This document shows positions 25,251 to 36,881 of a stretch of 64,000 nt of DNA, in pieces. The stretch is taken from the NCBI RefSeq assembly GCF_004010195.1, contig NC_057718.1, forward strand, positions 29,289,206 to 29,353,205, in the 5' to 3' direction. The position numbers and the translations under genes were made by a program. The first letter of the stretch is position 1. Each line of letters opens with the position of its first letter. The stretch comes from Chiloscyllium plagiosum. Its lineage: Eukaryota. Under the pieces are notes generated by a model. That model saw only the letters and a list, made by a program, of their open reading frames with translations, ran no database searches and was not told the DNA's origin.

Positions 25251-25449
25251 CAGGAGAAAGTGAGGACTGCAGATGCTGGAGATCAGCGTCGAGAGTGTGG
25301 TGCTGGAAAAGCACAGTAGGTCAGGCAGCATCGGAGGAGTTTGAGAACCCAGGTGACGTCGATTTTCCTGCTCCTCGGATGCTGCCTGACCTGTTGTGCT
25401 TTTCCAGCAACACACTCTCAACTCTGATCTGCAGACCTCACTGTATCCT
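25251..25449. mobile_element. Short palindromic Penelope pLTR insert
   Basis: 12-bp TSD attaaattcaaa (25239-25250, 25450-25461). Inverted arms. Confidence 0.85.
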
Positions 25450-25689
25450 ATTAAATTCAAATGGCTCTACTGAATACAGGATTCCCGCTTGTGCGACTGG
25501 CCAACTCTCCTCGCCTTCTCACCCATATACCCCTGCCTACAAAAACGGGATCCGTCAGAAATAACCGCAGGGCTTCTGCTGCGCAGCTTTTTAAAGGTCC
25601 AGAGAGTCCTGCCCACTTCGCGAAAATCTGGTCCCTTTCACCCTGCTGTCTGATCTGAAGTATGCTCCCAGCTAAATAAAAATCGAAAG

Positions 25690-25915
25690 AATTATGGATG
25701 CTGTAAATCAGAGACAAAACAGAAATTAGTGGAAAACCTCAGCAGGTCTGACAGCATATGTGGAGAGAAATCGAGAGTTAACATTTCGGGTCGAGTGACC
25801 CTTCCTCAGAACTCTGATTTCTCTCCACAGATACCGCCAGACCTGCTGAGCTTTTCCAGCAATTCCTATTACTGCTCAGAGCTTCAGATTTTATTTCAGA
25901 TTTCCAACATACGCA
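25690..25915. mobile_element. Short palindromic Penelope pLTR insert with a hammerhead-like core (25780-25809, minus)
   Basis: Inverted arms. Minus strand reads gttCTGAGGA-A-GGGTC-actc-GACCC-GAAAtGTT-aac. Confidence 0.75.
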
Positions 25916-26405
25916 ATATGTTTCATCCACGTAAAATGAAAACAGTTTACGCAGATGATAGATATTTACAAGAGCCTTTACTGACAGGTCGAAAAGAGCT
26001 GTAAACTTATTCATTCCAGCATGTTTTTTTTAAAAAAATTAAAAAGGTAAAAAGGTGAAAACTTTCTGTATAAGTATTTATGTCGACAATACTAAGGTAA
26101 AAGAGAAGTGCAATACGTCACTGTGGTTTGAATCTTCAAACATGGTACAGTTAAAGCGGAAGGTGATAAAGTTTAGCGTTTTTATTCTTGGAATAGCAGC
26201 TTCAGAATTTCTGCAAATCAATGGATAATTTTCACAGCGCTTGTTTCAGATCTCCAGATCAATATTCTCATGGATCGTGCAAAATGATGCTTTATTCAAC
26301 TCTTGTCTTCATTCTTCAATCAACTTTTACAGATGTAAATAAAAAACTTAAACAGATATCAAAGGTCAAAACTGCTCCGAACACTTCTGGATTTATAAAT
26401 CCTAC

Positions 26406-26532
26406 CGTTTTCCGATGTTTTGGGAGGCAGTTGCTTCACGAGGTTTTGAACTTTGTCCCATTGACATTCTCCTCTGCATTTTTCTATTTCTGCCTCTAAT
26501 TTGTACTGTGAAAATGATATCCTGGAAGCCAT
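26406..26532 (-). CDS. TTC7A: Tetratricopeptide repeat protein 7A, coding exon 1 (MASRISFSQYKLEAEIEKCRGECQWDKVQNLVKQLPPKTSEN)
   Basis: ATG at 26532-26530. Matches the TTC7 N-terminal motif (E.E.E.CR.E..W). Ends G|GTAGG in phase 1, which fits exon 2. Confidence 0.9.
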
Positions 26533-26618
26533 TAGAGTCTGTAGCACTTTTAAAAAAAGGAACTGCTGCCAAAATACTAGAAAAATTGCCACTGCGTCTG
26601 CGTGTTAACATAGAGCAC

Positions 26619-26633
26619 GCTGGGAGTTGTAGT
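26619..26633 (-). promoter_or_regulatory. ZNF143(Staf)/THAP11-type promoter motif ACTACAACTCCCAGC upstream of TTC7A
   Basis: Reverse complement of gctgggagttgtagt matches the ACTACAnnTCCCA consensus, about 90 nt upstream of the TTC7A ATG. Confidence 0.75.
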
Positions 26634-27554
26634 TTTCCATCCATTTTAAAGTAAAACACAAATAACAAAGCTTGACACTTTTCTCTTAAGAAAGAAGGAA
26701 AGTACCGACAAAACATCCTTAAAACAGATAAAACAGATCATTTTTCCATAACACTTTTTTGCAAATGTTTATATCTCCTATGATTCACAATTTACCTGCT
26801 ATCAAGTTAAAATTATTTTGTTTTCCAAATACTGTACAAATGCTAGTTAAATATTAAACTGCTTGGTTGGGATGTATGTTGTGAATGCAATATTGTGAAA
26901 ATTCATTATCAAAAATATATTTTTATACTACATGGTATTTAAAGACTGAAATTGTGCCTCATCAAAGCAAAATCAGTTTTATTAAACTTGAAACTATTGG
27001 ATAGATGGTATTACTTTTCATAAGTATTTGTTTTTTTATTCAGCTCGGGAGACGTGGATATTGCTGGCTGGGCTGATATGTATTGCTCATCCAAAGTTGC
27101 CTTTGAGGAAATGGCGGTGAGCTGCCTTCTTGAACCATAATACTCCATGTGCTGTAGGTGGAGTGATGATCTCTTAATGATTTTATTTAAGAAAGCTCAA
27201 CTCTTGTTTCATGTTGTTTTTGATCAGTTGAGGAAGCATGTGCCTCAATAATTTATTTTGTGCACAAACTTGGACAACAATAAAAGAAACATAACAACTG
27301 TATGTTTATCAGATCTGGATTACAAGATGAATGTGTGGAGTCATGAGGGAGGACAAAATCAAGTACTAGTATCTCACAGAGTCAGTGAAGATTGTGGAAG
27401 CATTGACAGAGATAGCTAAGGAGAAGTTGAAATGGCATGTTTTTTTCTTTTTTTTACAGAGTCAGTCCCCTAAATTGAGGAGATTCTAAATCTCCTGGGT
27501 TTTTTTAAATTTTCCCCAGCACCCATGATGTGTATGTGCAATTGTGCAAAACAG

Positions 27555-28380
27555 TGGAAGACAGCAGGTGTACAAATCTTTAATCAATTTCCACCACCAG
27601 GATGAAAGGAAACATCCAGTGACAAGTGGTCAGTGACAAGCAATGTCCTCCTCACCAAAGGACAATGCTGTGTGATCAAAATAGTGAAGGATCAAAATAG
27701 CAAGGATTAAATTAAAATAGAGTTGGAGGGGGAAATAAATACTCCACTCCCTGCCTGTGGTGCCCACCTCTCCCTGAACAGCTCAAAGGAGTTGGTAGAC
27801 ACCGCGTCCTCCTTCTCCAGAGACACCAGGGCTCAGACGTAGCTGTGGAAAAGGGGAAGGCAATCGGCCATAATAAACCCCTCCATGGCCCACTGCCTGG
27901 ACCTGTTTATCCTCAGACCTACCCTTCCCCCTCCACACTAGGTGCCCAAAGATCAGGAGTGTGGGACTGAAGTAGAGCCAAAAGCAGAGGAGAAGGTTCT
28001 CCAGAAAACTAAAAAGACAGTGCAAACACCTGCACCCTATATGTACATGGACCATGGTCTCCACAGCACCACAGAACAAGCAATTGCATTGGGAGTCCAT
28101 GAACCACTGCAATCGGCAGTGTAGTGTACTGCTGCGTGCAGCGCCCTACACCCCAAATCCCCAAAAGAAAGCGGGAGGACTCCCATGTAGAGAGCTGTCC
28201 ACTGGAGATCCCCACCCCCCGGTGGCAAGTGGGCATGCCAAGGCATGTCCGGGTGGTGGATTAGGGAAAAAAGGTAGACAGTGTGCAGCAGCAGTCTGTA
28301 CAGGGCCCACCATGATACATCCCTGAAGGGGACAAAACTAAAGTATGGCATGATTATTTGTTGTGGAAAGAAAGAGGGCA
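27555..28380 (-). mobile_element. Tx1/L1-clade LINE 3' fragment (zf-RVT region)
   Basis: GDLG.R.LH followed by CLFCGAVETMVHVHIGC (CCHC zinc knuckle typical of L1/Tx1 ORF2). Frameshifted. Confidence 0.8.
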
Positions 28381-29424
28381 CATAATGAGGTGTGCAATGG
28401 AGATTGGACCGGAAAGAAGAAGAGTCATCCCTAAGACCAAACAGAAGTATTCAGTGGTGAAAGATTCAAACACAGTGGGATTGGAAAAAGAATAGATGAC
28501 TGAGCGGAGGTTATGGAGATGAGTAAACAATCAGTATTATGGTGACATTGAGTGAAGAAAATAATTTAAAAAGTACATGAGTATGGAAGCAAACAAGCAA
28601 ACCTCTGATTTAGTCAGGAAATTGTATGGAGGGGAGAAGGTATACACTAGGGATGAGTGAGTCTGTATACAAATTGAAAGGATGTGACTAGTGGTACTCC
28701 AGTGATGTCTATTGTAGTGCCAACACTTTATTGTATACATAAATAATGTGTTTGGAGGAACAGAATGCATTTACATAGGTTTTCTGACAACATTAATTTA
28801 CTGTCAATGACAGCAAAAATTTGCAGAGGAACATTGATAGCTGAAGTGAATGGGCAAATAGATTTTAATATTGAAACCTCATCCATTTTAATTAAGCAGA
28901 ATAGATTTGAGTAATTTCTAAATGCTAAAAAAATTAGAAACTGAATAAACATAGAAATTTAGTTGTTCAAGTTCAAAAATTGCAAAAAGCAGGCAGAACA
29001 AACAATAATTTAAAATGCTTTAGTGTTACGTGTTTTCAGAAGATTATCTAAAAGGTGAGAAAGTTTGCATCAAAAAGATGTGTGGCATGACAGTGGGATA
29101 CTGATCTGAGCATATCGTTGTGATAGACTGTGTGTCTATTTGTTACATGTGAAGTACCTAACATGCAGGAGTGCATGATAATGCAGCACAGGAAAATGAG
29201 TTGCTAACATGCTCAGCTACTTAACAAGCAGTGTAGCACACAATGGTTATTGTGACCTGTAGAGTAAGAAAACTCTACATCAGGGCATATAGTCCACAGA
29301 TAAACTGAAGACAATCAAGATGGTAATTGTTCTGTTAGTGCTTCATTTTCAACTAGGAATTATATACCAGGTAGACAATGGCACATCTGAACAGAAACAC
29401 TTTATGATGCTCACACCACTCACA

Positions 29425-30650
29425 GAACATTGGTTAGGCCACTTTTGGAATATAATGTGCAATTCTGCTCTCCCTCCTATCGGAAGGATGTTGTGAAACT
29501 TGAAAGGGTTCAGAAAATATTTACAAGGATGTTGCCAGGGTTGGAGGTTTGAGGGATAAGGAGAGGTTGAATAGGGCAGTTTTGCCTGGAGCATCGCAGG
29601 CTAAGGATTGACCTTATAGAGGTTTATAAAATCAGGAGGGGCATGGATAGGGTCAATGCCTGACAAGCCTTATTGAATTCTTCAAGGATGTGACAAAACA
29701 CATTGGTGAAAATAGAGCAGTGGATATGGTGTGGATATGCCTGGTGTACAAGGCATTTGATAAGGTTTCCCAGGGTAGGCTCATTCAGAAAGAAAGAAGG
29801 CATGGGATACAGGAAAATCTGGCTGTCTGGATACAGAATTGGCTGGCGCATAGAAGATAGAGGGTGATAGTAGATGGACAATATTTTCCTGGAGCTTGGT
29901 GATCAGTGGTGTTCTGCAGGGATCTGTTCTGGGACCTCTGCTCTTTGTGATTTTTATAAATAACTTGGATGAAGTGGAAGGCTGGGTTAGTAAGTTTGCC
30001 AATGACACAAATGTTGGTGGAGTTGTGGATAGTGTGGAGGGCTTGTAATGGGACATTGACAGGATGCAGAACTGGGCTGATAAATGGCAGATGGAGTTCA
30101 ACCTGGGAAAGTGTGAGGTGATTCATTTTGCAAGGTCAAATTTGAGTGCAGAATAGAGGGTTAAAGGCAGGATTCTTGCCAGTGTGGAGGAACAGAGGAT
30201 TCTTGGGGTCCACGTCCTTAGATCCCTCAAACTTGCCACACAGGTTAACAGGGTTGTCAAGAAGGCGTGTATGGTGTGTTGGCTTTCACTCGCAGGGGCA
30301 TTGAGTTTAAGAGCCGTGAGGTTGTGCTGCAGCTCTATAGAGCCCTGGTTAGACCACACTTGGAATACTGTGTTCAATTCTGGTCACTTTATTTAAGGAA
30401 AGATGCAGAAGCTCTAGATAGGGTGCAGAGGAGATTTACCAGGATGCTGCCTGGACTGAAGGCCATGTCTTATGAAGAAAGGTTAAAGGAGCTAAGACTC
30501 TTCTCACTGGAGCAAAGAAGGGTGAGAGGTGACTTGATAGAGGTGTACAAGTTGATGTGAGGCATAGATACAGTGAATAATCACAGACCTTCTCCCAAGG
30601 CGGAAATGGCTATCTCAAGGGGGCATAATTTTAAGGTGATTGGAGGAAAG
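29425..30650 (+). mobile_element. Two CR1 fragments (29425-29660 and 29660-30650)
   Basis: RT motifs and LVRPHLEYCVQFWS...RVRGDLIEVYK. Confidence 0.85.
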
Positions 30651-31068
30651 CAAATGCATATGGGCTATTCATTGGCTAAATTGGATTTCTCTTATTTTGT
30701 ACACCTGGGCAACCTTCCACATCATCAGGTAGATGCCAGTGTTGTCACATTGCTAGCTGGGCGAGACGCACTGGAGCAAGTCAGCAGCTCTACAGCCAGG
30801 ATGTTGTCAGAGTCCATCGCCTTTTCCATATCCAGAATTCTCAGCAGTGGGTGAATTAATTTCATTGAAGTCTGTCTTCTGTGATGTTTGAACTCTCAAA
30901 GGTCATGTTGGATCATTCACTGGCAACCATCCTCATCCAGACCATCAAACACTGCAGCCTTGACTTTTTCACTGATTTGCTGCACTCCACAACACTAAAG
31001 ATGATGCTTAAATTGCTCAAGGGGCCTTTTCCTCATATTACTTGCATCATCATGAATTGGGGCAGGAA

Positions 31069-31382
31069 TAGATTAGATTAGATTACAGTGTGGAAACAGA
31101 CCCTTCGGCCCAACAAGTCCACACCGACCCGCCGAAGCGCAACCCACCCATACCCCTACATTTACCCCTTACCTAACACTACGGGCAATTTAGTATGGCC
31201 AATTCACCTGACCCTGCACATCTTTGGATGGTGGGAGGAAACCGGAGCACCCGGAGGAAACCCACGCAGACACGGGGAGAACGTGCAAACTCCACACAGT
31301 CAGTCGCCTGAGGCGGGAATTGAATCCGGGTCTCTGGCGCTGTGAGGCAGCAGTGTTAACCACTGTGCCACCGTGCCGCCCC
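31069..31382 (-). mobile_element. Full-length HE1/V-SINE-like tRNA SINE
   Basis: Reverse complement of the 45712-46032-type SINE with (TAATC)n tail. Confidence 0.9.
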
Positions 31383-31542
31383 AAAATAATGGACTTTTAA
31401 CTGATTATGGGATCACGTATCTCTCTATTTATCTATAAAATGTTGCTTCCATCTGTGGGTTTGTAAAGTAGAGGGACAACTGCAGTGATATTAGTCTAGC
31501 TACAAGACTGAAAATTACATGGATAGTTTGTTCAGCGAGGTG

Positions 31543-32130
31543 TTGAGAGTATATTGCTGGAAAAGCACAGCAGGTCAGGATTTCAGATGAACGGCTCCAA
31601 CCCGAAACGTCCGTTTTCCTGCTCCTCGGATGCTGCCTGACCTGCTGTGCTTTCCCAGCAACACACTCTCAACTCTGATCTCCAGCGTCTGCAGACCTCA
31701 CTGTCTCCTAATTGATTTCAACCTTACTGCGAAACCTCTTCCAAGGATGCCTACCTTGAAGTTCTTCTCCTCTCTCAACAAAGATGTCAGTGAGTCTCTC
31801 TCTCACTGTACTCCCCAAGTCTTCTCCTCTGCCCTGAAGCTCTTCAGCCACGTCCTCAAGCAGACTCGCTACTACAGCCACATCTCCTTCCTCAGTACCT
31901 GCCTATGGAACCGTCTGATTCCACATGGACTCCAGACCACATTCAGACTAACCCAGTTTGGACCTGAACAGGATACCCAGTACATACTACAAATCCAAAG
32001 GTTCCTGACGAAGGGCTCCAGCCCAAAATATTGATTTTTCTGCTCCTTGGATGCTGCCTTACCTGCTGTGCTTTTCCAGCAACACACTCTCAACTCTGAT
32101 CTCCAGCATCTGCAGACCTCACTGTCTCCC
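31543..32130 (+). mobile_element. Penelope-like insert: short inverted end + pLTR + ORF start + pLTR
   Basis: 14-bp TSD tgttcag[c/a]gaggtg (31529-31542, 32131-32144). Two degenerate HHR cores 421 bp apart. Confidence 0.8.
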
Positions 32131-32749
32131 TGTTCAGAGAGGTGGTCAACAGTTTAGAAGTATGCAGGCAGATAGGTAATGGATGACTGCAGAAAGATGA
32201 AAGGAATCAGGCATGTAATACAAAGATCCCCTGATATACTGTTTAAGAATCAGTTTCCCATTGTGCATGCTGGTGAAGGTGATGGTTCCTCAGTGGATTC
32301 CAGCAAGTACCAAGCCCTTTGAAGCACTAGTGAGCTAGATGTGCACAGGAGAAGGAAGACTAGTCAAGGAGCAATAGTGATTTACTAGTTGGAGAGGAGG
32401 CAGGGATTTTTACAGTTATGGGTGTGACTCCAGGATAGTATGTTGCCTCTCTGATGCGAAGGTAGACATGCAGGAGGCTGGAAGAACACAGCAAGCCAGG
32501 CACCATCAGGAGGTAGACAAGTCAATGTTTCGGGTATAACCCATTTTCAGGACTGGGGATGGGTGTAGGGGGAGCTGCAGATAAAGGGTGGTGGTGGGGG
32601 GAACAGGGTGGTGAAGTGGGGATAAGTGAAGACAGGTAGAGGGTACGACCTGGTTGGTCAATGAGAGGAATGAATCCGGTAGGTGGCTGGGAGGAATGGA
32701 AGAGTTGGGGCATAGAGTTGTCCAATTTCAAATAACCTCCCTTCCTAGC

Positions 32750-33730
32750 CCTTCCCCCTCCCTTCCATTCCTCCCTGGCCATAACTAGATTCACAAATGG
32801 TAATCTGGGGTAGCCCTTGTAAAATGATCTCCATGGTCCACTGTAAAAAGGTACAGGCTGATGACAATCCAAATGGCAGTCTTGTATTTTGGTATAAACC
32901 CTTATGGGGTTAACTGGCGTATTTCTGAGACTCCTCATCCAGTTGCAGTTGCAATTGCAGGTGCACATGGCTCATGTCCAGCTTCGTAAAGGATGGCCAG
33001 CCAAGAACTTTGCATACAAGTCCTCTATGCGAGTGCTTGGATATTTATTTAACTGCAAGAAGTGGATTACCATTTGCTTAAAATCCCCACAAACATGAAC
33101 TGAGTCACCAGGCTTCACAGATGGTATGACTCGTGCTGCCCATTCTGCAAATTGCAGTAGTTTGATTCATTCAATTTCCATCCTCTTGAGTTCTTGCAAA
33201 ATCACTGGAATTGTTTCCTGGTTAACATGTAAAGTGGCTTTGGCCTCTTTAATAGTCCTTAGCCCTTCCTAAATAAAATCTTGGGTATTTCACTAGGACT
33301 TCACTGAGGCAGCTATTTTCTATTTGAAAAATGTTGAGCCAATTTAGGTGAATCTTTCTCAACTAATTCTGCCCCAACAGGCTTGGGCCCGCACCTCTTA
33401 CTACCATCAATGGTAACTGCACCAACTGCTTCTCATAGATCAGAACCGAAGTGCTAATTTGCAATGATTCCTCAGTGTTTGTCCTTTGTGTGGCTGAGGT
33501 CTTCTGCAAACTTAAAGGTTGGGGACCCGAGCGAATCTTGTTAAAGACAGACTCTGCAACCACTGATACGGCTGGGCCGGTATTGATCTGTGTGACCATT
33601 TAAACAAACGTTAATAGATTTTAATTTGGATGTGGATAAGCAATCTAATTTTTCCAAACTACGTGTAGGGGGACGTGAGGGTGTGCACTCTCCTGGGGAC
33701 CGGCCTACGAGTTTTCTTGAGGTAAATCAG
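32750..33730 (-). mobile_element. Gypsy-type LTR retrotransposon pol fragment (protease + RT), degenerate
   Basis: Protease-like INTGPAVSV...LPLMVVRGAGPSLLG. Minus-strand RT motif FTKLDMSH..LQLQLDEESQKYA. Confidence 0.75.
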
Positions 33731-33734
33731 ACCT

Positions 33735-34020
33735 TCATAGGTTTAGGGTGAGAGGGGAAAGATATAAAAGAGACCTAAGGGGCAACATTTTCACATGGAG
33801 GGTGGTACGTGTATTGAATGATCTGCCAGAGGAAGTGGTGGAGGCTGGTACAACTGCAATATTTAAGAGGCATTTGGATGGGTATATGAATAGAAAATGT
33901 TTGGAGGGATATGGGCCAGGTGCTGGCTGGTGGGACTAGATTGGGTTGGGATATCTGGTCAGCATGGACAGGTTGGACCTAAGGGTCTGTTTCCATGCTG
34001 TACATCTCTATGACTCTATG
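33735..34020 (+). mobile_element. CR1 3' end
   Basis: Same 3' UTR and tail as 1-262. Confidence 0.85.
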
Positions 34021-34800
34021 AGGTGTTATTCCTCCAATTTGTGGTTTGGTTCATTGTGGTAATGGAGGAGACCAAGGATGGTCATGTCAGAAAGGGGAGT
34101 GGGAAGGGGAGTTAAAATGAACGGTGACTGGGAGGTACGGTTGGCCCATGTGGGTCCGACTGAGATGCTTGGCGCACCGTTCCCTCAGTTTACATTTGGT
34201 CTCCCCAATGTAGAGAAGACCACATAGGGAGCACCTAATGCAGTAAACTAGATTGGAAGAGAGGCAGGTGAACTTATGTCTCACCTCGAAGGACATTTTG
34301 GGGCCTGGATAGAGTGAGGGAGGTGGCATGCCAGCAGGTTTTACATCTTTTCTGCTTGCAGGGAAAGGTACCTGGGGGGTTTAGGGAGTGTTGGTGTGGA
34401 CAGTGGCACAAACCAAGGACTGTCAAAGTTATTGGTCTTTGCGGAAGGCAGAGATTGGTAGGGAGGGGAAGGTGTTCTTAGTGGTGGGGTCTAGTTAAAA
34501 TTGGTGGAAGTGTTTAAAGATGATGCATTGGATGCGGAGACTGGTGGGATGGTAGGTGAGGACAAGAGGGGGGATTTTGGAGCAGTGGAACGGGAATACA
34601 GGTGGTGCAATGCAGGGCTGTCTCGATGACATAGGGAGGAAAAGGACGATGTTTGAAATAGGTGGACATCTGGGATGCTTGGGAGTGGAATGTTTGCTCA
34701 TCCGAGCAGATGCAGTGGAGGCAGAGGAATTGAGAGAATCGGATGGAGTTCTTCCAGGATACTGGGTGGGAGGAGGTGGAGTCCAGGAAGTTATGGAAGC
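34021..34800 (-). mobile_element. Penelope-like ORF fragment with GIY-YIG endonuclease
   Basis: FTCLSSNLVYCIRCSLCGLLYIGETKCKLRERCAKH; PLVLTYHP. Confidence 0.85.
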
Positions 34801-35519
34801 CTGATACAAAGGTCACAGAGCAACTGTTAGACATTCGGCTGGGCAAATATGATCAGAAAGAGGTGTTGATCCACACTGGTACCAATGCTATAAGCAGGAA
34901 GGGTCATGTGGTCCTGCGATCTGAATTTAGACAGCTAAGAAGAAAATTAGCAAATAGAAGCTTAAAAGTAGCAATCTCTGGACCACGGCTAGTACCACAC
35001 ACGAGTGAGTACAGAAATAGCAGGATAACACACAAAAGCATGATTGAAGAAACGGTGCAGGATGGAGGGCTTGAAATTCCTGAGACACTGGGCCTGACTC
35101 TGCAAGAGATAGCATGAAAGAGAAGGATGTTGTGCAATGAAATTTGCAATGTGCATTAATTCATTTAAGGCTACTGCATACATAAATACCAACAGAGGGG
35201 GTCGAAATGGAGAACGAAGGCATCCATGTTTTAGCAACATATGCAGCTGATTTTGAAATCTTCTAATGAATCTGGTTGTTTCTTCCATTATAATAAAACC
35301 TGCAGTTGCTGAAGAATTTCATATTCCACTTATGTCACCAAACACAAAATGCTAAGACCATCAGAGCCATGATCTCATTGAAGGGCAGAGCAGAATTGAT
35401 GAGGAAAATGGCCCACTTCTGATCTCATATCCATAAAGTGGATCGAACATGCATACTAGAAATAGCATACATTCATAACCAGAAACCTGTATTTAGTGGA
35501 ATAAACTGTCCGCTCCCAT

Positions 35520-36365
35520 CCACTGACTCCTATTGGTACCTTTACGATAGCTCTTTCGATCCAAGGTCCAGCAAAGACTCCATCCCTTCTCCCAGTTCCC
35601 TCGCCTACATCATAACTGTAGGGAATCTAATCTAATCTTATCCTGCTCACATGCCCACTTGTCTGTCCCTGGCATGCTGCAATGTTCTAGCAAATCACAG
35701 CGCAAACTGGAGGAGCAACATCTTGTTTTCAAACTAGACATTTTACAACCTTCTGGGCTCAATATCGAGTTCAACACCTTCAAATTGTGAACCCATTACT
35801 CCCTTTCTTTTAGTTTTATTTGTTACATTCTCTGTCGTCCTCTATCCCCTCCCCCCACCCCAATGGGACTGCCTGAACTTTCCAATCTGTCAGTTAGACA
35901 CACTATTGTTCTGCCATCCTCATATTAAGATCTCTTATCTTAACTATCAACATCCTTTCTCCACCCACCCCAGCATTCCAATCCCCTCCCTCCCACTATT
36001 GCATTAATGCTGCCCCCTTCACACTTCACCAGCTCTGATGAAGAGTCATCTCCACTCCAAAGGTTAGCTTGCTTTCTCTAAATGGATACTTTGAGGAGAA
36101 AGTGAGGTCTGCAGATGCTGGAGATCAGAGCTGAAAATGTGTTGCTGGAAAAGCGCAGCAGGTCAGGCAGCATCAAAGAAACAGGAGAATCGACGTTTCG
36201 GGCATAAGCCCTTCTTCAGGAAAGGGCTGAAGAAGGGCTTATGCCCGAAACGTCGATTCTCCTGTTCCCTGGATGCTGCCTGACCTGCTGCGCATTTTCA
36301 GCTCTAACTGGATACTGCCTGACCCCTATGGCCTGCAGCATGCTTTTTGTTTTCTTTCTGTTTTT
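35520..36365 (+). mobile_element. Old Penelope-like 3' fragment containing a young palindromic pLTR insert (36091-36301)
   Basis: RKLEEQHL.F.L motif. The nested insert is flanked by a 15-bp TSD ctctaa[a/c]tggatact (36076-36090, 36302-36316). Confidence 0.8.
36192..36254. ncRNA. Head-to-head pair of minimal type I hammerhead ribozyme cores (36192-36219 minus; 36227-36254 plus)
   Basis: CTGAAGA-A-GGGC-ttat-GCCC-GAAAC-GTC on both strands. All core nucleotides are intact. Confidence 0.7.
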
Positions 36366-36614
36366 ACTCAGTTCCAATGATCCTGGTGAAGAGCGTTTGC
36401 CCGAAACATCAACTCTCCTGCTCCTCGGATGCTGCCTGACCTACTGAGCTTTTGCAGCAGCACACTGTGGACTCGAACCTCCTCACTTTCGTTCAGTTCC
36501 AATGACGTCGATGGATTTGGTGAACTACAAACCCCAGAATCCCCGGTGCGGCAGCTGCGCGTGACGTCACCCACGACTCACGGTGACGGGTTGAGACGCT
36601 GCTCCTCGAGCATC

Positions 36615-36628
36615 GTTTCCCCGGCAAC
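36615..36628. promoter_or_regulatory. RFX X-box (GTTTCCCCGGCAAC)
   Basis: Fits the X-box palindrome GTNNCC-N2-RGYAAC, about 90 nt upstream of the ATG of a ciliary IFT-dynein gene. Confidence 0.8.
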
Positions 36629-36713
36629 GGGGCCTGAGCAGCCTGTGGGGTTTTTCAGGGAGTCGGGGGTTCAACGGCATACTGTGAACGGGCGGTTCTT
36701 TCGCCGATGAAAG

Positions 36714-36727
36714 ATGCCCCGGGCTAG
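36714..36727 (+). CDS. DYNC2LI1: DYNC2LI1 exon 1 coding part (MPRAS)
   Basis: aagATG CCC CGG GCT AG|GTGAGG in the CpG island. Phase 2 joins exon 2 (S-DTLWDIA). Confidence 0.8.
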
Positions 36728-36881
36728 GTGAGGATCATTGGTTATTGTTGCTTAATAGTTGTGCAGCCGTCATGGCGCCTGTGGAGGAGGTTGGATGTGG
36801 AGGAAGCTCAGCACGTTGTTTATCTGGGAGCTGTACACTTACTTCAACCCAATCCCTAACATCTCGCTCCCAACGCTGATT

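Larger units (their letters stand above)
36470..36790 (+). promoter_or_regulatory. CpG-rich DYNC2LI1 promoter/5'UTR with a palindromic CRE (TGACGTCA, 36562-36569)
   Basis: High local CpG density in an otherwise CpG-poor window. GTGACGTCAC at 36561-36570, directly upstream of exon 1. Confidence 0.75.

Noticed and set aside
26533..26592. N-terminal extension of TTC7A suggested by ORF 26359..26592
   Set aside because: The ORF starts at a non-ATG codon (GTG). Homology begins at the ATG at 26532.
36429..36710. 93-aa ORF over the DYNC2LI1 promoter
   Set aside because: It starts inside a pLTR and runs through GC-rich promoter sequence, with no recognisable homology.
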